A stretch of DNA of 64,000 nt from an uncultured Spirochaetota bacterium (GTDB taxonomy: Bacteria > Spirochaetota > Brevinematia > Brevinematales > JAOACQ01). The notes below the pieces were generated by a model. It was not told where the DNA came from and ran no database searches. It worked only from the letters and a program-made list of their open reading frames with translations. The number at the start of each line of letters is the position of its first letter. Within the stretch, counting starts at the first letter, position 1. The position numbers and the translations under genes were made by a program. The DNA is taken from NCBI GenBank assembly GCA_963783575.1, contig CAWAOD010000004.1:192001-256000 (forward strand), read 5' to 3'. Shown one piece after another: positions 50,323-60,977 of the stretch.

Positions 50323-51368
50323 AGAGGAATAAACTTATGCTGAAATTTTACAGAAGCCTAAAAATCATAATCTTAGTATTTATTATAATTTTAATATCCG
50401 CTATCTTATTTTATGAAAACACAAAAAACATGAAATTTAATTACCTGTCGGTCCCTGTTTTTCAGCCTTTAATTAATAATTATGTTTCAATAAAAAATTT
50501 TATTCTGGATGATCCATACAATAAAAACATTTTATCCGGGATCGAAAAGACAAAGATTAAATTTAAAAATCTATTTGCCTCACTGAATAACGGTGTTTCA
50601 TCCATAACATCGGAAAAATATTTTTATAATAACATTTTTATTTATCTTGTATCAAAAAAAATGGATGATATGGACAGGATCGTTAATAATGTAATATCAA
50701 AAAACCCATCCTTTAAGGATTTGATAATAATCGATAAGGATAAAAACATACTATATAAATATGGCAGCAGTCCATTCACCGCCGAATATTTCATGTTGAC
50801 AAACAATTCGGAAATCCGTTTTATCAATGACGACCTGGGAATTATCAAAAGATTCAGCGATCCTACCCTCGACTATGAAATTGAAGTGATTGCTTTATTC
50901 AACCAGAACTCTGTCCTTAAAGAATTGAAAGATATGAATTTCCCTGCTTTTTTTGTTATGAACAATAAAATCTACAAAAATTCATACCCCCTTCCGGGAA
51001 TCTTTGACAGGCTGCAAAATGATTTGTTTAATGAAAGAAAATATTATACCGGCTTAAAGGTTGTTGAAATGGCGGTTGTATCGATTGACAATTTTAATAT
51101 CGGAACCCTGGGCCTTACCTATTCATCAAGAAGTTTAGGCAGCACATTGCTCATAATGCTAAAATTTATAATATTCCTCATATTAATCACATTAATTTTT
51201 ACCTTTGACAAACTGATTGAAACAAAATTGAAATTACAGATTTCAATGAAAAAAAATAAAAAAATACAAAAGGAAAAGCAGATTCAAAATGAAGCAGATG
51301 TTGCAGTAAATGATGCCAATCTGGAATGGTTTAGCCATTATATTCAGGAAGCGGAAGGTAAGAAATAA
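50286..51368 (+). CDS. Hypothetical membrane protein (two TM flanking a periplasmic domain); likely start 50337
   Basis: RBS GAGG before MLKFYR; TM topology. Confidence 0.65.
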   Translation: MPFNYFKKYKQLKRNKLMLKFYRSLKIIILVFIIILISAILFYENTKNMKFNYLSVPVFQPLINNYVSIKNFILDDPYNKNILSGIEKTKIKFKNLFASLNNGVSSITSEKYFYNNIFIYLVSKKMDDMDRIVNNVISKNPSFKDLIIIDKDKNILYKYGSSPFTAEYFMLTNNSEIRFINDDLGIIKRFSDPTLDYEIEVIALFNQNSVLKELKDMNFPAFFVMNNKIYKNSYPLPGIFDRLQNDLFNERKYYTGLKVVEMAVVSIDNFNIGTLGLTYSSRSLGSTLLIMLKFIIFLILITLIFTFDKLIETKLKLQISMKKNKKIQKEKQIQNEADVAVNDANLEWFSHYIQEAEGKK

Positions 51369-52141
51369 TGGGAAGATCCGCTTTGATCATATTAATTATT
51401 TTGAGTATTATACCCCGCATAAATCAATATGGAATTCAATGGTCGCGAAATAATGTATTAAAATTCACCCCTGTCTCCATATCAAATTTTGAAAATATCC
51501 ATGATTATGAAAACATCGATATCGGCCATGATTTTATACAACCATCACTTGATACAAACTCATGGATTCAAACATGCCGGCAGAATATCGGCGATGATTT
51601 TGTTCTTACAAGTTCTTTTATTAATTTTACAACAGAATCAACCGATTCTTTCCTGACATTAAAATTAATAAACAGCGCTAACGATGATGTTATTTCGGAA
51701 AAAAAACTTAATCAATCAGGCAAAATCGATCTGGTAAATGTCTTTAATAAAAATATTTATCTTCAGATTGAAAATAAAGGGAAGGATATAAAAATATACT
51801 CATTCGGGCTTGTCAGGAGAAGAGAATTGGTTGCCACGTCAAATGACATTTTTATTTCACCCCCTATTCTTTTCTTTGAGGAAGAAAACCTGAAGATAGA
51901 TTTTTCAATAAGATTTCCGGCAAATCTAGATGTTATAATTTTCGATAAAAACGGTAAAATCATTGATTATATAGCTAAAAATGAATTATTTTCAGAAGGC
52001 AGTAATATTTTATTATGGGATCCGTCAGTAAGCAAAAGTACCAGTTTGATTTCCAGTAAATATCTGATTTATTTTAAAATTAAAACAACCGACGGTAAGG
52101 AAACCGGGATTGTAAAAGATTTTATTTTTGTAAAAGATTAA
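51368..52141 (+). CDS. Exported hypothetical protein with C-terminal FlgD-Ig-like domain
   Basis: IFDKNGKII...GSNILLWD...YLIYF pattern. Confidence 0.55.
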   Translation: MGRSALIILIILSIIPRINQYGIQWSRNNVLKFTPVSISNFENIHDYENIDIGHDFIQPSLDTNSWIQTCRQNIGDDFVLTSSFINFTTESTDSFLTLKLINSANDDVISEKKLNQSGKIDLVNVFNKNIYLQIENKGKDIKIYSFGLVRRRELVATSNDIFISPPILFFEEENLKIDFSIRFPANLDVIIFDKNGKIIDYIAKNELFSEGSNILLWDPSVSKSTSLISSKYLIYFKIKTTDGKETGIVKDFIFVKD

Positions 52142-52563
52142 ACATCAACAACACATTGAGCTATATAAAGGTCTTTATCACGGTAAACCTTTAACTGGCA
52201 AAATGTGGCGGCTTTAATTTCCGATTTCAGAATATGTTTATTACTTGTTTTGATTTTTTCTCCCGAAACATTCATAATAATTGCGGTATCGGAAAAACTC
52301 ACAATTTCAAAACCGGTAAAAATACATTTATTGATAGCCGATTCATAAATAAGTCTGTTTATGAAATCAATAAAAAGCTCCTCGAGATTATAAGCCCTGC
52401 TTTCAATGGTTACATTAATTTCATTTGAAAATGAAGACGGATCTGCCGATAAATCGGCCATAATAGAAAACACACACCTGGCAGCTTCGGTAAAAGCCTC
52501 GGGAAAACTTTCCCCGATACCTCTTATACCAATATCGGCAGTATGTTCAAAAGTTTCGTACAT
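52138..52563 (-). CDS. Archease
   Basis: YETFEHTADIGIRG, EIKAATF.QL and C-terminal VVDV. Confidence 0.92.
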   Translation of the reverse strand: MYETFEHTADIGIRGIGESFPEAFTEAARCVFSIMADLSADPSSFSNEINVTIESRAYNLEELFIDFINRLIYESAINKCIFTGFEIVSFSDTAIIMNVSGEKIKTSNKHILKSEIKAATFCQLKVYRDKDLYIAQCVVDV

Positions 52564-53885
52564 TATTCCTGCTCCTTATCTCTAATTAAATAAAATCTGC
52601 CTTTTTCCGGATCTTCAACATTGATAATCGACATATCTTTATCATTATTAAGCTGAACCATAATACCACCGCTGCTCTCTGCATCGGGGTCATCAACCGC
52701 CTTATATCTGTATAATTCTTTTCCTTCACCGGAGTATAATATGAGAGTTTCAATCTTGTCAATTTTTGTACGCCCGATAATCCCTTTGCCTAAAAATGAA
52801 ACAAACTCTATCTTCGGTTCCCTGCCTGAAAATTCAGGGTATATATTATTTCCGGTTAGATTTTTTAAAACCGCAGATTCATTATGTGTATAAAAGTTGA
52901 TTGTCCTTGAATTGTTGAAGATGAGACTTCTGAATGGTGTGACGGTCATTTCCTTTGTATTAAGATCAAGAGCTAAAACACCGTTTTTTGTAAGTATATA
53001 TAAATTATTGCTTATTATACTGCTTTCGATCTCTGCCGATTGACGCCAATCCTGTTTTATCTTCACAATAACTCTATCAGGCTGGTATCCTACATCCATA
53101 TTTGTAATTGCGCTTTCCACATTAAAATACCAGAAATAATCGTTATTATTCATAACCAATAAATTACCGGACCAATTCACCCAATGTGAATTTTTGGCGA
53201 AAGCCTGAAGTTCACCGCTGTCGGATTTATATAATACGGTATAATAACTTCCCCCGATTCTTAAAATCAGGCATAGATTTTCGGAGTCTTCAGAAAAATG
53301 AACCGACTCCAGCTTTATAAGGTTTCCGGCAAGGCTTCCTATATAAACGGATTTTCCGGAAGAAAAATTATAAACCTCGAAGTTATGAACCTCTATTCCG
53401 TTTGTTGTGACGCCTTCAAGAAGAAAAATATCATTTTTCGGCGAAGAATAAATCGAATCAAGATCTTTGATTTTTTGAAAATTCTCAACCAAACGATCGT
53501 TTAAATTATACTTAATCAATTTTCCTTTATTGTAATATATTAAAAAATTCCTGTCCTTTTCCTGAAAAATATTTTTCGTAATTAGGACCTTACTTTTTAC
53601 ATTCGAAAAGAGGTTGTCATAAACCTGAAGGTCCCTGGAAAGAACCCATCCATCAAATTTTTTATATGATACTTTACTGTAAAACCCGTCTTTATTTTCA
53701 ATATTAACAACCATCCCAGGCATAAGTGAGAATAGAATTTTTCCATATCCGGGATTTTCATAAATATTTGCATTAAAGCTCTGGACAGTAGCAACAGACG
53801 GGAAAACATTATTCAGTGAAAACATCAGAATAAAGGGAATTAATCCGAATAAAACATGAAAGCCTTTATTCTTCCATTCTTTCAT
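52563..53885 (-). CDS. Exported protein with N-terminal SH3-like domain and beta-propeller-like remainder
   Basis: ANIYENPG...KVSY...DGWV SH3b-like pattern; beta-rich sequence. Confidence 0.55.
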   Translation of the reverse strand: MKEWKNKGFHVLFGLIPFILMFSLNNVFPSVATVQSFNANIYENPGYGKILFSLMPGMVVNIENKDGFYSKVSYKKFDGWVLSRDLQVYDNLFSNVKSKVLITKNIFQEKDRNFLIYYNKGKLIKYNLNDRLVENFQKIKDLDSIYSSPKNDIFLLEGVTTNGIEVHNFEVYNFSSGKSVYIGSLAGNLIKLESVHFSEDSENLCLILRIGGSYYTVLYKSDSGELQAFAKNSHWVNWSGNLLVMNNNDYFWYFNVESAITNMDVGYQPDRVIVKIKQDWRQSAEIESSIISNNLYILTKNGVLALDLNTKEMTVTPFRSLIFNNSRTINFYTHNESAVLKNLTGNNIYPEFSGREPKIEFVSFLGKGIIGRTKIDKIETLILYSGEGKELYRYKAVDDPDAESSGGIMVQLNNDKDMSIINVEDPEKGRFYLIRDKEQE

Positions 53886-56001
53886 ATCCGCACCCCTTCT
53901 TTAAACAGGTTAATTTAATTTTACCTTTTTCTTTCTGCGAAAACAGAGCGCTTCCGCAATTCGGGCAATTGACAGGCTTACCGTTTTCTTCAGCCGGTTT
54001 GATATAGGATACAAATTCACAATTGGGATAATTCACGCAACCGAAAAATGCCCTTCCCTTTTTACTCTTTTTCTGCACAATATACCCGGTTTTACAACTT
54101 GGGCATTTGCCTAGCGGTATCGGCTTTGCGTTTTTACATTCCGGCCAGCCTGAACAAGCTAAAAACAATCCGTATTTCCCTAATTTTTTTACCATTTTTT
54201 TCCCGCATTTTTCGCAAATAATATCTGTTTCTTCGTCAAAACTGCCTTTGATGCTGTCTATATTCTTATAAGCTTTGGCCAGAACCGGATTGAAAGTTGA
54301 ATAAAAATCCTTTACTACTGATTTCCAGACCTTTGAACCGTCTTCAACGTCATCAAGTTCTTCTTCCATACTTGCCGTGAAATTTATATTTATCAATTCC
54401 GGAAAATTTTCAACAAGAAGTTTGTTTACAGCTCTTCCCAAAACTGTAGGCAGAAGACTCCTTGCTTCTTTTTTTACATAATACCGCTTTGTAAGAGTAA
54501 AAACCGTGGGCGCGTATGTTGAAGGCCTGCCTATCCCCATTTCTTCCATAATTTTCACAAGAGATGCGTCTGTGTATCTCGCGGGTGGTTCGGTAAACTT
54601 TTGTTCCTTTATCACCTTAATTGCTTCAAGAATGTCACCGGCTGACAAATTCTGAGGAAGTTCTTTATCCCTGGCTGTTTTTGAATAATCATAAATCCGT
54701 AAAAAACCGTCAAAAATGATTTTAGAACTGACCGCCGTAAGTGTTTTATTTCCGCAGGCAACTTCGATTACGGACTGAGTTGATTCCGATGAGGCCATCT
54801 GTGAAGACACAAAACGCTTCCATATAAGTGAATATAATTTAAATTGTTCGGCAGTGAGGTATTCTTTTATTTCATCGGGTTGATAATCAACATTTGAAGG
54901 CCTGATCGCTTCATGGGCGTCCTGGGAAGTCTTTTTGTTCGAGTAAAAATTTGGACTTTTTGGAAGATACTTTGGGCCGATTTTTTTTGAAATTAATTCC
55001 CTCACCTGTTCAAGAGCAACCGACGAAACTCTTGTCGAATCGGTTCTCATATAAGTTATCAAACCGGTTCGTGTCTTCCCTATATCAATGCCTTCATAAA
55101 GCTGCTGGGCGATAAGCATGGTCTTAATCGACGGATAACCGAAAAGATTGTTCGCAGTTTGCTGCAAAGTGCTGGTTATGAATGGAGCCGATGCATTACG
55201 AAAGGCTGTTTTCTTTTTTATATCTTTAATAATGGAAGTTTCCCGGAGCAATTCCTTTTCCAATTTTACAGCCTGAACTTCATTTGATATTACTGCTTTC
55301 TTCCCGTTGATCTTTACAAGTTCGGCTGAGAATTTCGATTTGTCTTTCTTATAATCAACATTGATCTGCCAGTATTCCATCGGAACAAAAGCTTCGATCT
55401 CATCTTCCCTGTCACAGATCAGCCGGAGAGCAATTGACTGAACCCTGCCGGCCGACAATTTGGATTTAACCTTTTTCCAGAGAAGCGGACTCAATTGATA
55501 GCCGAATATCCTGTCGATTACCCTTCTGCCTTGCTGCGCATTGACAAGTTTTTCATCGATTTTCTCAGGTTTAAAGATCTGGCTTTTAATTTCATTCTCA
55601 GTTATTTCCGTAAATTTAACCCTTGTAATGGGTATTATTCTGTCTTTGATTTTTGGGAATACATTCTTTTCAAAATCATTTTTGATGTGCCAAGCAATTG
55701 CTTCCCCTTCCCTGTCGGGGTCGGATGCAAGAATAACCTCGGAAGCCGATTTTGCCGATTCCCTGAGATCCTTCATCACTTTGTACTTATCCCTCATCAC
55801 AATGTAATCAGGCTCGAAATTATCCAGATTTACACCCATCCTTGATTTGGGCAGATCAATGATATGACCGATTGATGCCTTTACCTCATAATCCCTGCCG
55901 AGATATTTTTTTATGGTTGACGCTTTCGAAGGTGATTCGACGACAACCAGCTTTTTCAATTTTTCTCCCTTAGTTTTTTTAATCTTTTTTTTAGCGCTCA
56001 T
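53866..56001 (-). CDS. topA: DNA topoisomerase I (type IA) with C-terminal Zn ribbons
   Basis: VVESPSKA, ASDPDREGE, SAGRVQS, ITYMRTDS, QDAHEAIRP and GIGRPSTY motifs. Confidence 0.97.
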   Translation of the reverse strand: MSAKKKIKKTKGEKLKKLVVVESPSKASTIKKYLGRDYEVKASIGHIIDLPKSRMGVNLDNFEPDYIVMRDKYKVMKDLRESAKSASEVILASDPDREGEAIAWHIKNDFEKNVFPKIKDRIIPITRVKFTEITENEIKSQIFKPEKIDEKLVNAQQGRRVIDRIFGYQLSPLLWKKVKSKLSAGRVQSIALRLICDREDEIEAFVPMEYWQINVDYKKDKSKFSAELVKINGKKAVISNEVQAVKLEKELLRETSIIKDIKKKTAFRNASAPFITSTLQQTANNLFGYPSIKTMLIAQQLYEGIDIGKTRTGLITYMRTDSTRVSSVALEQVRELISKKIGPKYLPKSPNFYSNKKTSQDAHEAIRPSNVDYQPDEIKEYLTAEQFKLYSLIWKRFVSSQMASSESTQSVIEVACGNKTLTAVSSKIIFDGFLRIYDYSKTARDKELPQNLSAGDILEAIKVIKEQKFTEPPARYTDASLVKIMEEMGIGRPSTYAPTVFTLTKRYYVKKEARSLLPTVLGRAVNKLLVENFPELININFTASMEEELDDVEDGSKVWKSVVKDFYSTFNPVLAKAYKNIDSIKGSFDEETDIICEKCGKKMVKKLGKYGLFLACSGWPECKNAKPIPLGKCPSCKTGYIVQKKSKKGRAFFGCVNYPNCEFVSYIKPAEENGKPVNCPNCGSALFSQKEKGKIKLTCLKKGCGYERMEE

Positions 56002-56173
56002 TTTTTCTCCTGTAGGTAATAATTCCAGCTTATTATTTTAACGGATTATCAAATAATTTCAAATTATACACGAATAGAAGTTTTTTGTAAAAGAATTTTT
56101 ATCAATAATGGAATTGTTGCCTTATAAATTCATTATGATGCAATGGAACAGGGATTGGATTAATGCCGGTTTC

Positions 56174-56581
56174 TTAATTTTTATCTTTCAGGAATGGGAC
56201 ATATTTCATATCGCTTAGCATAATATGCGAATCCCACCAATTCTTCAGCCTATTTTCAATTTCAACCGAATAAGTAAGTGTTACTCTTCTCTTGGCGACA
56301 TCGGCTTCTATCTGTCTTTGAAGCATCCTGAAGGAATTATGCTCTTTGATATGCTCATCTTTCTCCGGGTAGTTATATTTAACAAACAACTGTTCTTCAG
56401 TGGAAAAATGAAGATTTACATATTCCGTTAAAAAATTTGAAAGTCTTATTAATTCCAGCACTTCTGTTCCTTCATAAAATGACAAAAGCAATTTATTTAT
56501 TCTCTCAAAAAGTTCCTGATGCTGATGATCGATCAAACTTATTCCTGTTTCATATTTCTTGTCCCATTCGAATAAATCCAT
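56174..56581 (-). CDS. Bacteriohemerythrin
   Basis: W...YETGI..IDHQH, HFSTEE, H.KEH and HI..SD motifs. Confidence 0.9.
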   Translation of the reverse strand: MDLFEWDKKYETGISLIDHQHQELFERINKLLLSFYEGTEVLELIRLSNFLTEYVNLHFSTEEQLFVKYNYPEKDEHIKEHNSFRMLQRQIEADVAKRRVTLTYSVEIENRLKNWWDSHIMLSDMKYVPFLKDKN

Positions 56582-56701
56582 AATTTTGTACTCCTAAACC
56601 TAGCTTCTGTTAACAAAAACTTATTTTTAATTATAATTACATTCCCATAAAATTGTAAATAAAATTAATGAAATTTATTTCAAACCAGATCTAATACTAA
56701 T

Positions 56702-56739
56702 ACAGGCACTTCTAAAAACTCATTTTTAGGAGTGCCTGT
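56702..56739. repeat. Long inverted repeat resembling abutted IS ends (minimal MITE)
   Basis: ACAGGCACTTCTAAAAA-CTCA-TTTTTAGGAGTGCCTGT (16/17 match), located between divergent genes. Confidence 0.55.
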
Positions 56740-56784
56740 TTAAATATTGATGAAGTTTTTGTCTTTCTTTCATATACACCTTAA

Positions 56785-56837
56785 GGGCAGTTCCTTTTTA
56801 TTAAAAAACTTGTTTTAATGAGATTTTCGAACTGCCC
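56785..56837. repeat. Mini inverted-repeat element GGGCAGTTC...GAACTGCCC (homolog of 3240-3291)
   Basis: Perfect 9-bp TIR; internal similarity to the 3240 copy. Confidence 0.68.
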
Positions 56838-56918
56838 ATATATCATAAGATAATGCTCCGAACAGTCTATATTTTTATATAATTTATTTTATTTCAATAA
56901 AAATTTATATAATTAAGC

Positions 56919-56947
56919 TTTACAATTAAAATGCATTAATTTATAAT
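56919..56947 (+). promoter_or_regulatory. Putative sigma70 promoter for the Cache/MCP genes
   Basis: TTTACA-17bp-TATAAT (AT-rich context lowers specificity). Confidence 0.5.
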
Positions 56948-56993
56948 AGTAAATCTAATTTATAAATTCCAATCATATTATCGGGAGGTTTCT

Positions 56994-57450
56994 ATGCATA
57001 AATTTATTGCCATTTCAATTGCGTTCATTTTATTCACAAGTCTATTATTTGGTACGGAATCAATCACCGAAAATGCGAAAAAGGCAAAAGATATGGTAAA
57101 AAAAGCGGTTAGTTTCCTTAAGAAAAACGGTAAAACAAAAGCTATGAAGGAATTTTCAAACCCTAAGGGACAATTCAGAGACGGAGAATATTATATTTTT
57201 GTGTTTAATTTCGACGGGCTCTGTATTGCCCGCAGTGACGGTAACACCAATTTAATAGGTAAAAATATGATAGATATGCAGGATCCTGATGGAGCATATT
57301 ATATCAGCAATATGATTGTAACCGCTAAACAGGGATCGGGCTGGGTGGATTATAAGCGTTCCAATCCTGTTACAAAAAAGATTGAGCCCAAGAGGCTCAT
57401 ATGTTGAAAAATTTAATGATTTTTGGCTGGGATGCGGGTTTTATAAATAA
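56994..57450 (+). pseudogene. Stand-alone periplasmic single-Cache domain protein, frameshifted at ~57395
   Basis: Signal peptide, F.DGEYYIFV, D.DG and GSGWVDY..NP.TKKIEPK. Removing one G gives SSYVEKFNDFWLGCGFYK*. Confidence 0.85.
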
Positions 57451-57521
57451 AATGATTTCCCGCTTTGGACAACATTAACTCAATATAGATTAATATTTTT
57501 TAAATTTTTCAGGGAATATTT

Positions 57522-59360
57522 ATGGGGGGTCTACATATGAGGTTATTTGATAACCTGTCAATTAATAAAAAGATATTAATCCCGCCAATTTTAGTTTTGC
57601 TATTTATGCTTTTAATCAGTGTTGTTTCCGCAAGCGCTTTAATCAGCCAGATGTCTCTTGCTAATAAGCTTTATAATTTTTATTTTAAAAACTCAAACAA
57701 TGCATCGGATATTATAAAAAGTGTAATACGTATTAATGAAAATTTATACCGTATTATCAGCTGGAATAGCTACAATTTTTATAGTACGGACAAAATAAGC
57801 GAACTTGGCAACCAACAAAAAACCGAGATAGATTCAGTAGTTACAAATTTAAAAAATATTTTATCGTCCGACCTGTTCTTACCTGAAGAGAAAAACGTAT
57901 ATTCCAATACTTTTATTTTATTTGCCAAATACAAGGAAGATGCTTTAACTGTTATTGATATGATAACCGTAGACCCGGCTATGTCGACTATGTATATGAA
58001 TAAAGCAGATAAAACATACCAGCTTTTAAGCAGTAATCTGACAGAGATTCAAAATACTGAAGACAGACTGAGTAAGAACGCCTATAACAATATTAACGCC
58101 AAATCCGTTTCCGGGATTGTGACTTTTTGTGCCATCATTATTCTTTCAATCTTTATTTCTTTGATTTTATCAATGATTATCAGCCGTACCATTATTAAAG
58201 CCATAATGGAATTTACGTCAAAATCCAAGGAAATATCCGATGGAAATCTCAATATTAGTATCCGGTCATCCGGCCAAGACGAATTGGGTAAACTGGCAGA
58301 AAGCTATAACAGCTTTTTAGAGAAATTAAATTCATCAATGACCGTTTTGAATCAAATTTCAGGCATCAATGAAGATATCGCCGAAAAACTTCATTCCAAT
58401 GCCCATAACCTTTCATTACATTGCGAAATGCAGGCAACCAGCAGTGCGGAAATTTCTTCGGCAATGGAAGAATTTAACAGGACTCTGGATCATATCAGTG
58501 AAAATATAAAAAAACAATTTAATACAATCGACACTTCGGCCCAGGCAATACGTGAATTGTATAACGGTATTAAGGAGATTATCGGCAGGATAGAAACTAT
58601 GAAAAAAAGCCTTACCGATAATATTGATACAGCCAATCACGGCAAGAATATTATCCGGGAATCGGCTGAAGATACTGTGAAAATGAACGATTATATAGGT
58701 TTAATTACTATTAAGATTAAAGATGTAGATATTCATACGGAATCAGTCGATAATGTACTGAAGGTAATTAATAATATCTCGGAACAAACTAACATACTGG
58801 CTATGAATGCAGCCATTGAAGCGGCCCATGCAGGTGATTCGGGAAAAGGCTTCGCTATAGTGGCCGCAGAGATCAGAACCCTATCGGAAAGTATTTCATC
58901 ATCTATAAGCAGTATAGCTGAAATCCTTAAAAATATTAAAAGAAGCGTTACAGAAGTCGTAGATATCAGTAAAAATATCGAACATAGCAGTATGGAAAGT
59001 AAAAATAAGGCGGTAAGCTGCGACTCGGCTATTCAAACCATCCTTACTAATATTTCCCAGATTAACCAGGAAATTGATTCCATTTCAGCCATTACCAATC
59101 ATCATGGGGCAAGGACTAATGAAGCTCTGCAGAGTGCCGAAGAACTTAAAAAATTCTCCTTGTCAATCAAAGATGGTATTGAGGAGCAGTCCAAAGGTTC
59201 GAGCCTGATTATGGGTGCAATGAATCATGTTATACAGACAATATCTGAAAACACAAACATGTCCGAAAATCTCGAAGCTTTATCATTAAATATGAAAACC
59301 CAAAGCGGGGAAATACTGCAGCAGGTTTCAAACTACCGCCTAAGAAATGGCAATCGCTAA
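57522..59360 (+). CDS. Methyl-accepting chemotaxis protein (helical periplasmic domain, HAMP)
   Basis: Two [13 protein letters not shown], and [36 protein letters not shown]. Confidence 0.93.
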   Translation: MGGLHMRLFDNLSINKKILIPPILVLLFMLLISVVSASALISQMSLANKLYNFYFKNSNNASDIIKSVIRINENLYRIISWNSYNFYSTDKISELGNQQKTEIDSVVTNLKNILSSDLFLPEEKNVYSNTFILFAKYKEDALTVIDMITVDPAMSTMYMNKADKTYQLLSSNLTEIQNTEDRLSKNAYNNINAKSVSGIVTFCAIIILSIFISLILSMIISRTIIKAIMEFTSKSKEISDGNLNISIRSSGQDELGKLAESYNSFLEKLNSSMTVLNQISGINEDIAEKLHSNAHNLSLHCEMQATSSAEISSAMEEFNRTLDHISENIKKQFNTIDTSAQAIRELYNGIKEIIGRIETMKKSLTDNIDTANHGKNIIRESAEDTVKMNDYIGLITIKIKDVDIHTESVDNVLKVINNISEQTNILAMNAAIEAAHAGDSGKGFAIVAAEIRTLSESISSSISSIAEILKNIKRSVTEVVDISKNIEHSSMESKNKAVSCDSAIQTILTNISQINQEIDSISAITNHHGARTNEALQSAEELKKFSLSIKDGIEEQSKGSSLIMGAMNHVIQTISENTNMSENLEALSLNMKTQSGEILQQVSNYRLRNGNR

Positions 59361-59540
59361 ACATGCCGGTCACTGTATCAGTTCTAAAAGTCCCAAACTA
59401 AGGGAACAGAGCCTGCACTGAGCTTAGCGAATGTGATGTTCCATGACAGCCACTCTTTATCAAAGAGATTGCCGAATGCCAGTTCGGCAGCGGCAGGATG
59501 CCGCAGGGAGCACGGATGTTCTACGAAAACTTCTCTTTTA

Positions 59541-59945
59541 TTACACAGGCCGCCGAATTTTGTTCGGCGAACGCCACGATGGAGTACAGACCGTACATCC
59601 GGTTATATGCAGGCGAAGTTTATCATTAAACTTCCACATCCTGCCCAGCAGGTATCCTTCTTTCGGCAGTTTGTTTGTGCATACAGGGCAGATTCTTTTG
59701 ATATTTTCAGAAGGTGGGAAGCAAAAAGGGCAGCCGTAAACCAGTACCAGTTTTTCATTACCGAAAGTATAGGCTGAGGTTTTTATTCTTTCTCCCGGTT
59801 CCAACTTTGACCCGCAAACCGGGCATGTTAATTTTTGTTTATTATTATTTTGACCGTTCGAAATTTTTTTGCCTGAAGGAAAAATATTCCTTTTCAGCAA
59901 TGAATAAAGAATTGCTGATATAATCATAATTATAAGAATGAACAT
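59541..59945 (-). CDS. Small membrane-anchored protein with four CxxC pairs
   Basis: CPVC, CPFC, CPVC and CTVC after an N-terminal TM. Confidence 0.7.
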   Translation of the reverse strand: MFILIIMIISAILYSLLKRNIFPSGKKISNGQNNNKQKLTCPVCGSKLEPGERIKTSAYTFGNEKLVLVYGCPFCFPPSENIKRICPVCTNKLPKEGYLLGRMWKFNDKLRLHITGCTVCTPSWRSPNKIRRPV

Positions 59946-59978
59946 CAGAATAGTTTGAATAAATTGCTCTCCCCTATT

Positions 59979-60866
59979 TTATAATTTGATGACTTCCAAT
60001 TTTTTTCTCACAGGAGCCCTGTAATATTTTACACCAGGATAACCCAGAATCATAACTCCTGCCGGCTTTAACCCTTTTGAGATGTTGAATTCCCGCCGTG
60101 CTTTTCCGTTCAGAAGTAATGTTTCATGAGCGACACCGTTCAGACAAGTCCCAAGCCCTAAAGCTTGAGCGGCAAGCATCCCATGGGTAAGCGCTATTCC
60201 CGCATCAACTCCCTCCTGGTGGCCATTAGCGGGAGAACAAAGAATGATAACACATGGCGCGTTATATAAAACAGGATCTTTCCCTCCTTCATAATCATTA
60301 ATAATAGTTTTTATTGAATTATAAAGGCTGTCGGAAAAATATCTTTTCACAGCCTTACCCAGGAAAGGTTTTATTATATTCCTGAATTTTAATAAGATTT
60401 TAACTTTTTTATAAACACTCATAACATAATCTGTTAATTTTCTTATTTTAATTTTATCGGTCACAACCACATAAACTATCGATTGATAGTTGTTTGCAGT
60501 CGGAGCGTATCGCATCGATTCAAGGACTTTACCTATTAGATCATCGCTGACAGGCTTGTCATTATACCTCCTCATCGATCTGCGGAACCTGATAAATCTC
60601 TGGAACTCTTCATATCCGGTTGAGCAGGAGTCAATTTCTTCACCGGTAAGACGCAGCGGTTCTTCTTCAGATTCAAATAAAACTGCGTCAGCCGGGCAGG
60701 CTGCAATACAATGCCCGCATTCTGTGCATTTATCATACGGATCATAATAATCCACTGCTGCTTTCCCGGATTCAACTATACTTTCAACAAAAAGTCTCGT
60801 AAGACATTCCTGGACACATATCATACAGCCAGTGCATAATTCGCGATTAATTCCCTCAATTTTCAT
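59979..60866 (-). CDS. Nitroreductase family protein with N-terminal 4Fe-4S ferredoxin domain
   Basis: CTGCMICVQEC, CTECGHCIAACP, RRSMRRY, APTANN.Q and LGLGTC motifs. Confidence 0.92.
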   Translation of the reverse strand: MKIEGINRELCTGCMICVQECLTRLFVESIVESGKAAVDYYDPYDKCTECGHCIAACPADAVLFESEEEPLRLTGEEIDSCSTGYEEFQRFIRFRRSMRRYNDKPVSDDLIGKVLESMRYAPTANNYQSIVYVVVTDKIKIRKLTDYVMSVYKKVKILLKFRNIIKPFLGKAVKRYFSDSLYNSIKTIINDYEGGKDPVLYNAPCVIILCSPANGHQEGVDAGIALTHGMLAAQALGLGTCLNGVAHETLLLNGKARREFNISKGLKPAGVMILGYPGVKYYRAPVRKKLEVIKL

Positions 60867-60977
60867 AGATTACACTTCTCCTTTATCAATTTTTTATTGA
60901 TAAAAAATAGAATTTTATCTAACAAGAGAGGTTTTCAGAAAATAAATTTTATGATGGAACTTCACAATTTCAAGAGA

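Noticed and set aside
59433..59777. Plus-strand ORFs of 114 and 98 aa
   Set aside because: They overlap the CxxC protein on the opposite strand and repeat-like DNA, so they are probably shadow ORFs.
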